Below are positions 35,310 to 45,334 of a stretch of 49,003 bases of DNA, piece by piece. The DNA is from a virus. Taxonomy: Duplodnaviria > Caudoviricetes. Positions within the stretch are counted from its first letter, which is position 1. Every line of letters begins with the position of its first letter. The notes under the pieces are model-generated. The model ran no database searches and was not told the DNA's origin. It was given only the letters and a program-made list of their open reading frames with translations. A program made the position numbers and the translations under genes. The stretch covers positions 1-49,003 of the IMG/VR virus record IMGVR_UViG_3300009506_000052; one strand, given 5' to 3'.

Positions 35310-38300
35310 GTGATGTTGACGCACTGCTGGATCAATTTGCTGGTAGCGCAGCGGCGCCCTCGAACGCGCCGACTAGTGGCGACCTAAAAGACTTCTACGA
35401 TGCCAATATGTCACCAGCGGCGCAGGCTGTACCAAAAGCGGTCGGAGCCGCCAACGACAATCCTGACGAAGCGGCGAAGGCACTCAGCATTTCTAAGGAG
35501 ACTGGTATCCCGGCCTCGGTCGTGGCTGCCGATCCGAAAGGTGCTGTTGCAGATCATCGCTCGGCGCAGGCCGGAAAGTATGTTAAGCAGAGTTCGGCTC
35601 TGCAACGGTATGTGAACGAGTATCCGCTCGGGGCCAGCATCTCCGCTGACGATTATAAGAACCTCGATGGCATCGGCCTTTATGCCGGGGCAGCTTTCGG
35701 CGTTATGCCGGTGGACCCTGCGATTGCAGCGAAGCTCCCGCCGTTCAGTTGGGCCACTGGCCTTTACGATGTAATTAAGAGGGTCGGAGATATAGCTTAC
35801 GGCAGAGACTCGATAGTGTCAGGTTCAGATCAAGAGATCGGATTGGCGCTGGAAATATTGCCATATGCTATTGGTTTTGCTGGAACCAGCTTTCCAAAGG
35901 TCCGACCCCCGCTCTCGTCGTCAGCGGAAATCAACGAGTTCTTAAACCGTGCTGGCCGCGGCCCGGTCGAAACTCAGGGCATGAAAGACCGCGCTGATAT
36001 CGAAGAGTTCCTTCGCCAGAAGGCCGAACAGGACGGCGCACCGAAACTATTAGAGGGGCCAAAGCAGGCCCCTCCCGAAGAGTTGACACCTGCAGCTGAG
36101 ACGATGATTAAGGCTGGTAAGGTGCCAACTCCTGGCGTGGATAAGCTAGTGGACCAGTTTCACGTCGCCCAGGCCGATCGGGACTTAGCGACCTTCGATA
36201 AGATTTTTGAACTGGTTAATATGTCTAAGACGAAGGAGCGCTCGCCCGACGCGATGGAAGCGTTCCTGTCAAAGACGCCGCTCGCGGGTAAGAGTGTCTA
36301 TATTCCTGCGGAGGCGGTTGATAAGCTGTACGGGAAAACGGAGCCGGGACCGAACGACGAACTGTTTGGGTATGAGCCTGATATTGCCGATAAGATCGCC
36401 TTCGCGCGGGAGACCGGGACGGACTTGCAAATCCCAATGTCCCGCTTTGTCGCGCACACCGATCCTACGGTTTATGGGAACATTAAGCAGGACCTACGGT
36501 TCCGGGAAGAGGGACTGACGAAAGAAGAGGGAAAGGACTGGATCGACGTTTATCATGGTTCACCATTTGAGTTCGAGGCTTTCGATGTAGGTAAGATTGG
36601 CGAAGGCGAAGGTGCACAGAGTTATGGGCATGGACTCTACTTTGCTGAGCATCCAGAGGTTGCAGGTTCGTATAGGAAGGCAGGGGATAGAAGAATCAAG
36701 ATCAATACTGGCGAAGTCTTTATGGATCAAGAAGAAGCTGCAAAGGCCATAGCCAAGACTGATGATACAGATATATTGTATCCACTGCATTGGGCATTAG
36801 GTCATATCTATTCTGGCTCTTCGCTTGACGAAGCAATCAAGACGATGAAGAAGAATTATGAACACTATGGAAAGGATAATCTTGACAAAGCTGAATCACT
36901 CCTTAAACAATATGAACCAACAGCCGAAGGCTTGGGCCATGTATATCGAGCCAAGATCACTCGCGCGCCAGAAGAGTTTTTGGATTGGGATAAGCCGCTT
37001 AGTGAGCAGAGCCAGCATGTTCAAGAAGCAATCAAAAAGATAGCAGCTAAACATAATGTTGAGCCGGATATGAATATCTCCGGCGAAGAAGCGTATAATA
37101 GCCTTGCAACACATCTTGCTCCCGAGAATATTCCAAATGAAAGAGCGGCTATAAAGACCGGCCAGCCGGAGGCTTCAAAGATTCTGTCAGAGTTTGGTGT
37201 TGCTGGCATTAAGTATCTCGATCAGTTTTCGCGCGATCAGTTAGAGAAGCCATTTGCTGTTGAGCATAAGAGCGGCGATCTTGCAAAGCGTTCTACATTC
37301 CGAACTAGAGAAGAAGCCGAGCGACATCTCGCTGGGCAAGAGCGTGCTGCAAAAGCAATGGCTGAACAAGGCTTTCCAAGCGAGGTCGGCGACTACTCTA
37401 TTAAAGACCTTACTGGTACTGGCACACGCAACTTCGTCGTCTTCTCTGACAAAGACGTAATCGCTACTCATCGAGGCGAGCAAGAACTTCCGCCCGCAGT
37501 CCAGCGCATCCTCGATACTCCTGCCGGGCAGCTCTCCGCGGCGGTCAAGAAGTCCTTCTACTTCCAGCCCCTCTTCCAGAACGCCAAAGTCATCGGAATG
37601 AGCGAGGCCGAATACGCGAAATACTTCAATAAAATTCAGAAGTCCGACGAAGCCGCGTATCAGCGCCTGCTCGATAAGGAGACGAGAAAGGCCAAGCGGG
37701 AACAGACACTGGAATGGAAGGTGAATGAGGCTGAGACGCAGAGCGAGGTCGAGACTGATATGCGGTCCCGGCCCGACATTGCAGTGGATCGGTTCATTCG
37801 GACTGGCGTGTTGCCGACCGGGGAAAAGATCACTCCGGTCAAATTGAACCGCGCGGTTGTGGCGAGGTTTGTAAAGGCCGGGCAGGCCAGCAAGGATATG
37901 CTCGAACGATACACCACTGAAGGTGGTGTGCCGCCGGATAATATCGCTGATAAATTCGGCTTCAACAGCGGCGCGGCGATGATTAAGGCCCTGGATAAAC
38001 TCGAGAAGGACCGGGGCGATCTGGGACCGAAGGCCCATTTTAATAAACTCGTCAAAGACGAAACTCAACGCCGGATGGAAGCGAAGCATGGCGATCTAGC
38101 GCAGAACATTCTCGAGGAGGCGGTCGATGCTGCGCTTGCTGAACATAATCTTGATATCCTTCATGACGAACTTACTGCCCTCGCTAAAGCTGATGGAAAG
38201 GAAGCACCTTATACGCGCGCGGAACTCGAAGCCTATGTTCAGGGTAAATTCAAGGGCCTCAAAGCCGCCGAGGTTTCCTTCGAGACTTTCCGACGAGGTT

Positions 38301-40918
38301 CTGAGAAGGCTGGTAAGGCTGCCGAAAAAGCGCTGTTGGCTGGTAAGTTTGACGAAGCGTTCAAGGCCAAACAGCAACAAATCCTGTCCGTCACCGCTGG
38401 TAAACTGGCCCGCGCCTTCGAAAGGCGGCAGCGCTCTGGAAAGAGACTATTTGACAGATACAGAGATAACCGGGTTCTGAAGAACGTTGCGCAAGACTAC
38501 ACCGATCAGATACATGGCATACTGGAAAGAGTTGGTCTGCCGACGAGCAGGAACGGGGCGGAACTGGCGAGTGCGCTTAAGACCTCGCTCGCTGATTTCC
38601 TCTACGATAAGACAGAGAACCTGGGCCGGATCGTCCCGGTCGATATGGAGCTACTTGGATCGGGGAAGAAGTACGGGGACTTTACAACTGAGGAGGCGGA
38701 TAACTTCCGCGAGTCGATTAAGACCCTCGATCATAATGGGAAGATGGAGAAGCAGCTGCAGATTGGGTCTGAGAAGATTGACCACGAGATTGCTGTCGAT
38801 CGGGCCGTTACTGAGATGGATAAGAATAAGCCTCGGTATCTGCCGCGCCGCCCGAATATGATCCAGCGGCTGCAAAGTGGAGTGTATCATTGGGACGCCA
38901 TGCTGATTAAGATGGAGCAGTTGTTCGACTGGCTCGATCGCAACGATCCGCTTGGTATGTTCAATGAGGTCGTATTCCGTGGGCTGTCTGAGGGCAAGCA
39001 TCTCGAGAATGATATGCTTAAGGACCTTGGAAAGAAGATGAAGGCACTGCCCACGACAAAGGAGTTTAATGCGAGCCTCGATGAATTGATTGATAATACT
39101 GAGTTACTTGATTGGCAAAATGGACAGCCTATCAGAATGACTGGACGCGATCTTGTTGCAATGATGCTCAATATGGGGAACAGGAGCAACTTTGAAAAAC
39201 TAACTGCCAAGTACGAATACAACGGACAAGAGTTCCAATTCGATCCGATGGCGGTGAAGGGACTAGTCAAGGCTAATGCAACTAAGGCTCATTGGGATTT
39301 CGTTCAGGCTGTGTGGGACCTATTCGAGTCTTATTGGCCACAGATTGAAGAACTGTCGCGGGATATGTCTGGAGTCGCGCCGGATAAGATCGAGCGGGTT
39401 CCGATCAAAACTGAGTGGGGAACTTATGCTGGTGGATACTATCCGCTCCGCGCCGATGCGAATTGGGTAGGGCCGCGGACCGGGGCGACAGGTATCTTCG
39501 GTGCCGATCGGTACTTCAGGGCGGTGCCACCGAAGGGCTATACCTTGCCCCGCACCGGGGCAACCTATCCACTCGATCTTAACTATTCTGCTATCATCCC
39601 AACGATGGAGCAGATGATCCACGACCTTGCGTTCCGTAGACCACTCGCGCAGGCGGTGAAGTTCCTCGAGGACATTCGGATCAAGCAGGGTATTCAGCGT
39701 GCGTTCGGGCCTGAGTATTTAAAACAGGTTAAGCCTTGGCTCGAGTACGTTGCTACGACGAAACGACTGAATGACGAGGCCCTGACCGGGATTAACAGAA
39801 TGGCGCGGTGGGGCCGTGACCGGCTCGTTGCAGTCCAGCTGCTCTATCGAGCCTCGACCATAATCAAGCACACTGTCGCTGCGGCTTTCGACAGCTTCGG
39901 TGAGTCTGGAATGTACACGAATAAGGCAGCATATTTGAAAGATTTCTCTGAGAACACCGCGCGCCTCTACGGGACGCCAGATGGCCACAGAATTATCTCG
40001 GAAATGTTTGAGAAGTCTGGTGAACTCCGCAATCGTATGCACGATATGGATAGGGATATTGGCGAGGCGATGGACAGGACGCTCGGCCAGTCGGGTATCA
40101 GGGCTGTTGCAACGCATTATGGTGGCTATGGTGTGTCGTTGCTGGACCTTGGTTCAGCTATTCCAACTTGGTATACTCATTATAAGAAGGCCCTTGCGCT
40201 CGGTTATGATGAGCCTGATGCGGTGGTGATTGGTGACAAGGCTGTTCGCGCGGCGCACGGTTCTGCAGGCCCGACCGATCTTGCAGCGATCCAGCGGGGC
40301 GGCGAGGTCTTACGACTCTTCACCGTTGCATATACCTTCTTCAGCCATTCCTACAATCGTATCAGGGCTATTGGCCGGGAGACGAAACAAGGCTTTGAGG
40401 ATGCGCGGGCCGGTGAGACCGCTGATGCCTTTAATAAGTTCTCCTCGGCCGCGTGGCGCTCGCTTTGGTACATCGTTCTGCTTGGCGCAGCGGAAGAAGC
40501 GATCGCTCCGATACCGACAGACCACGGCCACGAAAGTATCGGGGCTATGGTGAGCAAGGGCATTGCCTATCAGTTGACTGGCACCGTTCCGTTCTTGCGC
40601 GATATTGGCCGCGCGATCCTGTATGGCAAGGGCGATATAGCTCCGACGCCGTTAAGCAGTATGTACACGACGATTGGTGGTGCTGTCAGCGACGTTTATA
40701 AACAGGCCGCTGGTCAACGAGTTAAGAATAACTTCTTGCGAGAAGAAATCGAGGCGCTCGGTTACGCCTTGAAGCTGCCCGGCGCGGGTCAGGCCGGAGC
40801 TACTGCTCAATATCTTTGGGACTTGCGCCACCATCGACAGACCGGAGAGAATCCGTACCGCTTCGGGCGGGGCATACTCCTTGGTAAGTCACATCCTGAA
40901 AGGAGATTAAGGAGATGA
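35306..40918 (+). CDS. giant internal virion (ejection) protein, 1870 aa, with ART-PolyVal-like insert
   Basis: Size and position; YHGS...GEGAQSYGHGLYFAE...GIKYLD...RNFVVF insert; GGYYPL. Confidence 0.8.
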   Translation: MSDVDALLDQFAGSAAAPSNAPTSGDLKDFYDANMSPAAQAVPKAVGAANDNPDEAAKALSISKETGIPASVVAADPKGAVADHRSAQAGKYVKQSSALQRYVNEYPLGASISADDYKNLDGIGLYAGAAFGVMPVDPAIAAKLPPFSWATGLYDVIKRVGDIAYGRDSIVSGSDQEIGLALEILPYAIGFAGTSFPKVRPPLSSSAEINEFLNRAGRGPVETQGMKDRADIEEFLRQKAEQDGAPKLLEGPKQAPPEELTPAAETMIKAGKVPTPGVDKLVDQFHVAQADRDLATFDKIFELVNMSKTKERSPDAMEAFLSKTPLAGKSVYIPAEAVDKLYGKTEPGPNDELFGYEPDIADKIAFARETGTDLQIPMSRFVAHTDPTVYGNIKQDLRFREEGLTKEEGKDWIDVYHGSPFEFEAFDVGKIGEGEGAQSYGHGLYFAEHPEVAGSYRKAGDRRIKINTGEVFMDQEEAAKAIAKTDDTDILYPLHWALGHIYSGSSLDEAIKTMKKNYEHYGKDNLDKAESLLKQYEPTAEGLGHVYRAKITRAPEEFLDWDKPLSEQSQHVQEAIKKIAAKHNVEPDMNISGEEAYNSLATHLAPENIPNERAAIKTGQPEASKILSEFGVAGIKYLDQFSRDQLEKPFAVEHKSGDLAKRSTFRTREEAERHLAGQERAAKAMAEQGFPSEVGDYSIKDLTGTGTRNFVVFSDKDVIATHRGEQELPPAVQRILDTPAGQLSAAVKKSFYFQPLFQNAKVIGMSEAEYAKYFNKIQKSDEAAYQRLLDKETRKAKREQTLEWKVNEAETQSEVETDMRSRPDIAVDRFIRTGVLPTGEKITPVKLNRAVVARFVKAGQASKDMLERYTTEGGVPPDNIADKFGFNSGAAMIKALDKLEKDRGDLGPKAHFNKLVKDETQRRMEAKHGDLAQNILEEAVDAALAEHNLDILHDELTALAKADGKEAPYTRAELEAYVQGKFKGLKAAEVSFETFRRGSEKAGKAAEKALLAGKFDEAFKAKQQQILSVTAGKLARAFERRQRSGKRLFDRYRDNRVLKNVAQDYTDQIHGILERVGLPTSRNGAELASALKTSLADFLYDKTENLGRIVPVDMELLGSGKKYGDFTTEEADNFRESIKTLDHNGKMEKQLQIGSEKIDHEIAVDRAVTEMDKNKPRYLPRRPNMIQRLQSGVYHWDAMLIKMEQLFDWLDRNDPLGMFNEVVFRGLSEGKHLENDMLKDLGKKMKALPTTKEFNASLDELIDNTELLDWQNGQPIRMTGRDLVAMMLNMGNRSNFEKLTAKYEYNGQEFQFDPMAVKGLVKANATKAHWDFVQAVWDLFESYWPQIEELSRDMSGVAPDKIERVPIKTEWGTYAGGYYPLRADANWVGPRTGATGIFGADRYFRAVPPKGYTLPRTGATYPLDLNYSAIIPTMEQMIHDLAFRRPLAQAVKFLEDIRIKQGIQRAFGPEYLKQVKPWLEYVATTKRLNDEALTGINRMARWGRDRLVAVQLLYRASTIIKHTVAAAFDSFGESGMYTNKAAYLKDFSENTARLYGTPDGHRIISEMFEKSGELRNRMHDMDRDIGEAMDRTLGQSGIRAVATHYGGYGVSLLDLGSAIPTWYTHYKKALALGYDEPDAVVIGDKAVRAAHGSAGPTDLAAIQRGGEVLRLFTVAYTFFSHSYNRIRAIGRETKQGFEDARAGETADAFNKFSSAAWRSLWYIVLLGAAEEAIAPIPTDHGHESIGAMVSKGIAYQLTGTVPFLRDIGRAILYGKGDIAPTPLSSMYTTIGGAVSDVYKQAAGQRVKNNFLREEIEALGYALKLPGAGQAGATAQYLWDLRHHRQTGENPYRFGRGILLGKSHPERRLRR

Positions 40919-41403
40919 AAACGAGTAAGGCTGGAAGGCAGTTCATCCAGCAATGGGAGAAGCTGTTCACGAAGTCCTACGATGATGCTACTGAGAGGGT
41001 TGTTGGGCCGGGCGATCGGGTCTACGGTGTGCTGACAATTGGCTACGGCCACACCAGCGCGGCTGGCCCGCCGGAGGTATATGCTGGAATGGAGATCGGT
41101 GAGGATCAGGCGGATGAAATTCTTGCCTCTGACCTTCGTTCGGTCGAACTCGATGTAAATCATCTTGTCACCAAGAACCTGACACAGCCGCAGTTCGATG
41201 CGCTTGTCTCGTTTCATTATAACACTGGTGGCCTTGGCCGCTCGAGCGTCCTGCGTGATATCGAGGCCGGTCACTTTGAGCGGGTTCCGGCTGACCTTGC
41301 TATGTGGAATAAGGCAGGTGGAAAGGTTCTGCGCGGCCTTGTTAAGAGAAGGCACGCGGAAGGCGTGATGTTCAGTCAAGGTATCTACAACGCCGATCAC
41401 TAG
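40915..41403 (+). CDS. endolysin, GH24 lysozyme
   Basis: I..WE....Y.D, LTIGYGHT, Q.QFDALVSF.YN.G, GLVKRR.AE. Confidence 0.92.
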   Translation: MKTSKAGRQFIQQWEKLFTKSYDDATERVVGPGDRVYGVLTIGYGHTSAAGPPEVYAGMEIGEDQADEILASDLRSVELDVNHLVTKNLTQPQFDALVSFHYNTGGLGRSSVLRDIEAGHFERVPADLAMWNKAGGKVLRGLVKRRHAEGVMFSQGIYNADH

Positions 41404-41416
41404 AGAGGAGACAAAG

Positions 41417-41587
41417 ATGCTGACAAGCGTTGACAAGGCCATTGCTGCAGGAGTGGTTTCTTTGCTCTGCAATGTGGCCGCGAACTACTTTCACATTATA
41501 GTTCCAGACGATGTGAAAACCGCGATCGCTGCATTGATCGTGGCAGGTGTGGTCTGGGCTACCCCCAACAAGCAGGTGCCCCAATGA
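41417..41587 (+). CDS. putative holin (56 aa, two TM helices)
   Basis: Own translation MLTSVDKAIAAGVVSLLC...AIAALIVAGVVWATPNK; GAGGAG RBS. Confidence 0.65.
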   Translation: MLTSVDKAIAAGVVSLLCNVAANYFHIIVPDDVKTAIAALIVAGVVWATPNKQVPQ

Positions 41588-41976
41588 GAAAGCTTCTTCT
41601 GGCGTTTGCTGTTGGGCTCAGTCTAGCTGGCTGCGCTCAACTGCAGAGTACTTGGAATGTCGTGACCGGCGCTTCTGTCTCACCAGCAGCGGTGTATGTC
41701 GCACGGAACTCTTTCGATGCACTCGAAGTCTCCGCGACGAATTACATTAGCTTCTGCAAGAAAGCACCGACAACGCAGGGCTGTACCAAGTCTGCCATCA
41801 ATGCACTGGTCCCGGCCGTTCGGTCTGGTCGAGTGGCACGGAACAACTTGACGCAGTATCTCAAGGACCATCCCGATGCAATCGGCGCTGCTGGCGTTTA
41901 TGACGCGCTAGTGGCGGCGACCAGTACGCTCCAAAGCGTAGCCGATCAATACCACATTACAGGAGTTGGCCAATGA
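41584..41976 (+). CDS. lipoprotein, putative spanin component
   Basis: Lipobox LAGC after a hydrophobic leader; lysis-cassette position. Confidence 0.7.
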   Translation: MRKLLLAFAVGLSLAGCAQLQSTWNVVTGASVSPAAVYVARNSFDALEVSATNYISFCKKAPTTQGCTKSAINALVPAVRSGRVARNNLTQYLKDHPDAIGAAGVYDALVAATSTLQSVADQYHITGVGQ

Positions 41977-42263
41977 GTGCTGTCCTACCTATCCTTCTCA
42001 GTCTGATTGGACAGATCGCCGGGTCGCTCGGAACCCCGGCCTCGATCATGACTGTTATCACTACGCTGGAACAGTGGCTGCCAACGATCATTAAAGAGGT
42101 TCAAGATGTGGCCCCGCTGATCCAGAACATCGTGACTGCCCTGCGCGGAAATAGCGCAATTACGCAGGAACAGATCGACGCGCTCGATGCGCTCGAAGAA
42201 AGGATTGATGCTGAGTTCGAAGCTGCTGCGTCTCTTCCCACTCCGGACGAGATGGCTCCGTAG
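41973..42263 (+). CDS. membrane-associated lysis-cassette protein (96 aa)
   Basis: Hydrophobic N-terminus; amphipathic helices. Confidence 0.6.
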   Translation: MSAVLPILLSLIGQIAGSLGTPASIMTVITTLEQWLPTIIKEVQDVAPLIQNIVTALRGNSAITQEQIDALDALEERIDAEFEAAASLPTPDEMAP

Positions 42264-42278
42264 TTCCTCCCGCAACTA

Positions 42279-42307
42279 GGGGGCCACATCAAGGCCCCCG
42301 CTTCTTT
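42279..42307 (+). terminator. putative intrinsic terminator
   Basis: GGGGGCC-7 nt-GGCCCCC followed by GCTTCTTT. Confidence 0.5.
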
Positions 42308-42318
42308 AGGAGTCTGCT

Positions 42319-42663
42319 ATGATCGAGCGAACCGTTCCAAGATTTGATAACAGTATTACGCTGGGTCATATCCTGACTGTAATTACTTTTATCGCTGTAG
42401 CTGTCGGTGGATGGTATCAGATCAAGAGCGATCACACACTGTTCAGTTACCGATTGGACTCGCAGGACAAGGCTCTTGGCGCCTTAACTGGTATTGTTCA
42501 CACATTGTCTGATAAGTCAATCGTCGATGCTACGCAGAATGTGAAGCTCGATGGCATTGACCAAAGGACCCTGCGAATTGAAGAGTATGCTCGAGAGACG
42601 CGCGCCCGGCTGCATACAGTTGAGGATGCTCTTAATATTCCGTATAAGTCGAAGGGCAAGTAA
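42319..42663 (+). CDS. TM plus coiled-coil protein (114 aa)
   Basis: ITLGHILTVITFIAVAVGGW; AGGAG RBS. Confidence 0.7.
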   Translation: MIERTVPRFDNSITLGHILTVITFIAVAVGGWYQIKSDHTLFSYRLDSQDKALGALTGIVHTLSDKSIVDATQNVKLDGIDQRTLRIEEYARETRARLHTVEDALNIPYKSKGK

Positions 42664-43878
42664 TCAATCCTTCTGGCCTGGGATATAGGCGGGCGTCCCG
42701 TTCACCAGTTCCAGCTTAAGCATATGCGATCGGACCATAATCTCGATTATCTTACTGATCGAGTGGGATGGAACTCGGTCCTTTAAGAATGACACTATAA
42801 CGTGTTCACCGACCGGGCGCTTCGTTTGGCCATAGAGTTTATAGACCGCATACCAAGTATCCTCGATGGCGCGGGCGTCGCCGCTGACTCCCATTGATCT
42901 GAATATGTCTGGCATCAACGCCTCGGCCTCGAGAAGAATATCGAGGGCGTGCTGGTAATCCTCGACCGAGACTTCTAATGCACTCGATCGAGCCACAGAA
43001 GTAATAATACATAGTTTAAGGAGGTGAGCGAGACGACGAGAGTTATAATGAGTAAGCTTACCGTGCTCGGGGACAGGCTCCAGACCGGATTTAACCCATG
43101 CCTCGACTGCAACCATTGCTTCTTTTGTCCAAGAGACCCTGCCGAAAAGGTTGTAGATGAGCTTGAGGTCGTGAAGAATATCCGTATATAGGTCCGAACT
43201 GTATGTCTCATCATTCGGCTCATCCCAGATAGGAACATTGACTGGTTCACCGCTGTAAATAAAAACAGTACGAGAAGTAAAGCCCTGGTCCCACGCTCCG
43301 TCAGGAAGGAAAGAATTAAGATAGGAAGGAGTTGTGCCCCCAAATATAGACAGTTGAGGACTTTCAATTCTGATGTGATTGACTTTTCCAGTTCGTCTGC
43401 GCTCTTCATAAAGTTCTCCATCGTAAAGTTTGGTAAGAGTATTCATAAACGATGGACTATATTCCGGCAGAAAAACTCCAAGTTCGGATGCGACGACTTG
43501 CAAAGAATTGAATGAGAGAAAGCCAAGGGACGGGTCGATCACCTTGCGATTGGCTAGGTGTAAAGAGTCGATCAAAGAGGCTGTAGTCAGGGACGAGGGC
43601 GCGACATGGAGATCTGGTACCGAACGCAGGATGCGCTCTGTTTGAGAAATGATTGCTGATTTGCCTATGCCGGGCGGCCCAACGAGAACTGTGTAAAGGT
43701 TCGGGTACAGGTTTGAGCCTTTGGTTCTGGCCCAAACCTTCTTTTCTAACACAGCGGATACGATCCCTAATGCTGCCCATTTCCGATAAATCCTCGGTGA
43801 GGGCAAATCATCGCTATACCTTAAAAAGGACTCGATCCAGTTGGGAAGTCGCCGGGCTGTCTTGCCGCTTTCGATCAT
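42664..43878 (-). CDS. DUF3987/YfjI-type AAA+ replicative helicase
   Basis: PNLY.VLVGPPGIGKS, SELG, LTKLYDG, GGTTP, GFTSR. Confidence 0.8.
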   Translation of the reverse strand: MIESGKTARRLPNWIESFLRYSDDLPSPRIYRKWAALGIVSAVLEKKVWARTKGSNLYPNLYTVLVGPPGIGKSAIISQTERILRSVPDLHVAPSSLTTASLIDSLHLANRKVIDPSLGFLSFNSLQVVASELGVFLPEYSPSFMNTLTKLYDGELYEERRRTGKVNHIRIESPQLSIFGGTTPSYLNSFLPDGAWDQGFTSRTVFIYSGEPVNVPIWDEPNDETYSSDLYTDILHDLKLIYNLFGRVSWTKEAMVAVEAWVKSGLEPVPEHGKLTHYNSRRLAHLLKLCIITSVARSSALEVSVEDYQHALDILLEAEALMPDIFRSMGVSGDARAIEDTWYAVYKLYGQTKRPVGEHVIVSFLKDRVPSHSISKIIEIMVRSHMLKLELVNGTPAYIPGQKD

Positions 43879-45334
43879 CGACCCCTTTCCACTTCTTTAA
43901 CCCGTCAGGGTTATCGTCTTTTTCTGAGGCCCAGTTCCATCCAGTCTTGGCTTCGGAGGGGATAAGTAGGGTACGGTTGTGCTTGAGTTGTATGGGTACT
44001 TGGATAAGTTTGAGGAGTTGAGGTACAATAATGGGTTCTTGTTCTTCGGGGAATTGGACTAGAATAGCGTCGTGGATTTGAAGAAGCAACTGGCAAACTC
44101 TTTCGCGCCATACTTGAAGCATTCCTCGATTGAGTATGTCACCGACTGAGCCTTGAGGATCATAGGCGATTGCTTCCCGAACAGTTGCGTCGTCGTCGCG
44201 CCTGCCAAAAAACCAACGTCTACGGCCAGTAAGAGTGGTAAGATTGCCCTGAGTAAGGATCGCAAGCGCGACAGCAGCGTGCCACTTTTGGTGGGCCGGG
44301 AAGGCGGCGAAATACTTGGTTTGGAACTCTCCGATAAGTTTAGCGTCCAGCTTTGTATGCTTGGCCATAGTGAAAGGCTTGCCGTTGTAGTTTGTCCCGT
44401 GACCAAGCACTTTCGCCATGTGTCGAAAACTATGCTGTCGATAGAAAGGTTGCTCAGCCACTTCTCTGTCTTTGTGGAGGTCTCCAGTCCAGGCGAGCAG
44501 ATCTCCCCAGGCGAGGCGGCAGACGCTTGTATGTAAATCTCCACTTTCACAGGCATCGAGGTATCTCCCATCCTGAAAAAGGTTCCACTCTATCGCACCG
44601 ACCGCGCGGGACTCAGCTTGTTCAAGGTCTATGTAGGCGAACTTGCAGCCTCGATCAGCAACGAACACTGATCGGAGGCGATCTTCAATGTTTTGGAGAT
44701 TTGTTCCAGTTCCAAAATCGGAGAGCGAGCTGCTAAACCGCCCAGTGGTAGTTCCAGCAATATTGTACGAGGTACGGATGCGTCCGTCAGGATCAATGCT
44801 CGTCTTAAGGACTCCAATCTTCTTATTGAGGTCTCTAATCCCGAGGATATGGCTGACGAGAGGCTGAGCCAAGAAATAGTTGTCGAGTTGCTCAAGGGCG
44901 TCTCGGTTGACGGTTGGCTCGTAGAAGCCTTTCGCGTTCCTCTTCTTGATCGGTGGGAGGCCGAGCGTTTCATAGAAGAGCGCCTTGAGCTGCTTTGGGC
45001 TATTCGGGTTGAGGTCATGGACGCCTATTCCTTCTGATAGGATTTCGTCAAGGGACTCTTTAAGGAGGTCCCGGTCCTTTTCAAACTCTTGAATGACTTT
45101 GGCCCGGCGCTCCTGATCGACGAGAACGCCGCGCAGCTTCATCTCGAGGACCGGGGCCTGCAGGGACTTTGAGAACTCATAGGTGGCGCGAGTAGTATCG
45201 TCGAGTTGGGGCTTGATCGCGTCGAGAATCTCGGACGTTAGGCAGCAATCAAGGCCGTTGTATATCCAGAGCTTGTCCGTCTCCGAGGCGGGCATATTGA
45301 GGGCGGTTAGCTCGTGGGTTTTTATTGCTCTCAT
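43814..45334 (-). CDS. polA: family A DNA polymerase, catalytic subunit carrying ExoIII only
   Basis: YNGLD (ExoIII), NPNSPKQL, TTTGRFSS, NLQN, DLEQAESR (motif A), RHMAKVLGHGTNY (motif B), QIHDA (motif C). Confidence 0.92.
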   Translation of the reverse strand: MRAIKTHELTALNMPASETDKLWIYNGLDCCLTSEILDAIKPQLDDTTRATYEFSKSLQAPVLEMKLRGVLVDQERRAKVIQEFEKDRDLLKESLDEILSEGIGVHDLNPNSPKQLKALFYETLGLPPIKKRNAKGFYEPTVNRDALEQLDNYFLAQPLVSHILGIRDLNKKIGVLKTSIDPDGRIRTSYNIAGTTTGRFSSSLSDFGTGTNLQNIEDRLRSVFVADRGCKFAYIDLEQAESRAVGAIEWNLFQDGRYLDACESGDLHTSVCRLAWGDLLAWTGDLHKDREVAEQPFYRQHSFRHMAKVLGHGTNYNGKPFTMAKHTKLDAKLIGEFQTKYFAAFPAHQKWHAAVALAILTQGNLTTLTGRRRWFFGRRDDDATVREAIAYDPQGSVGDILNRGMLQVWRERVCQLLLQIHDAILVQFPEEQEPIIVPQLLKLIQVPIQLKHNRTLLIPSEAKTGWNWASEKDDNPDGLKKWKGVDDRKRQDSPATSQLDRVLFKV

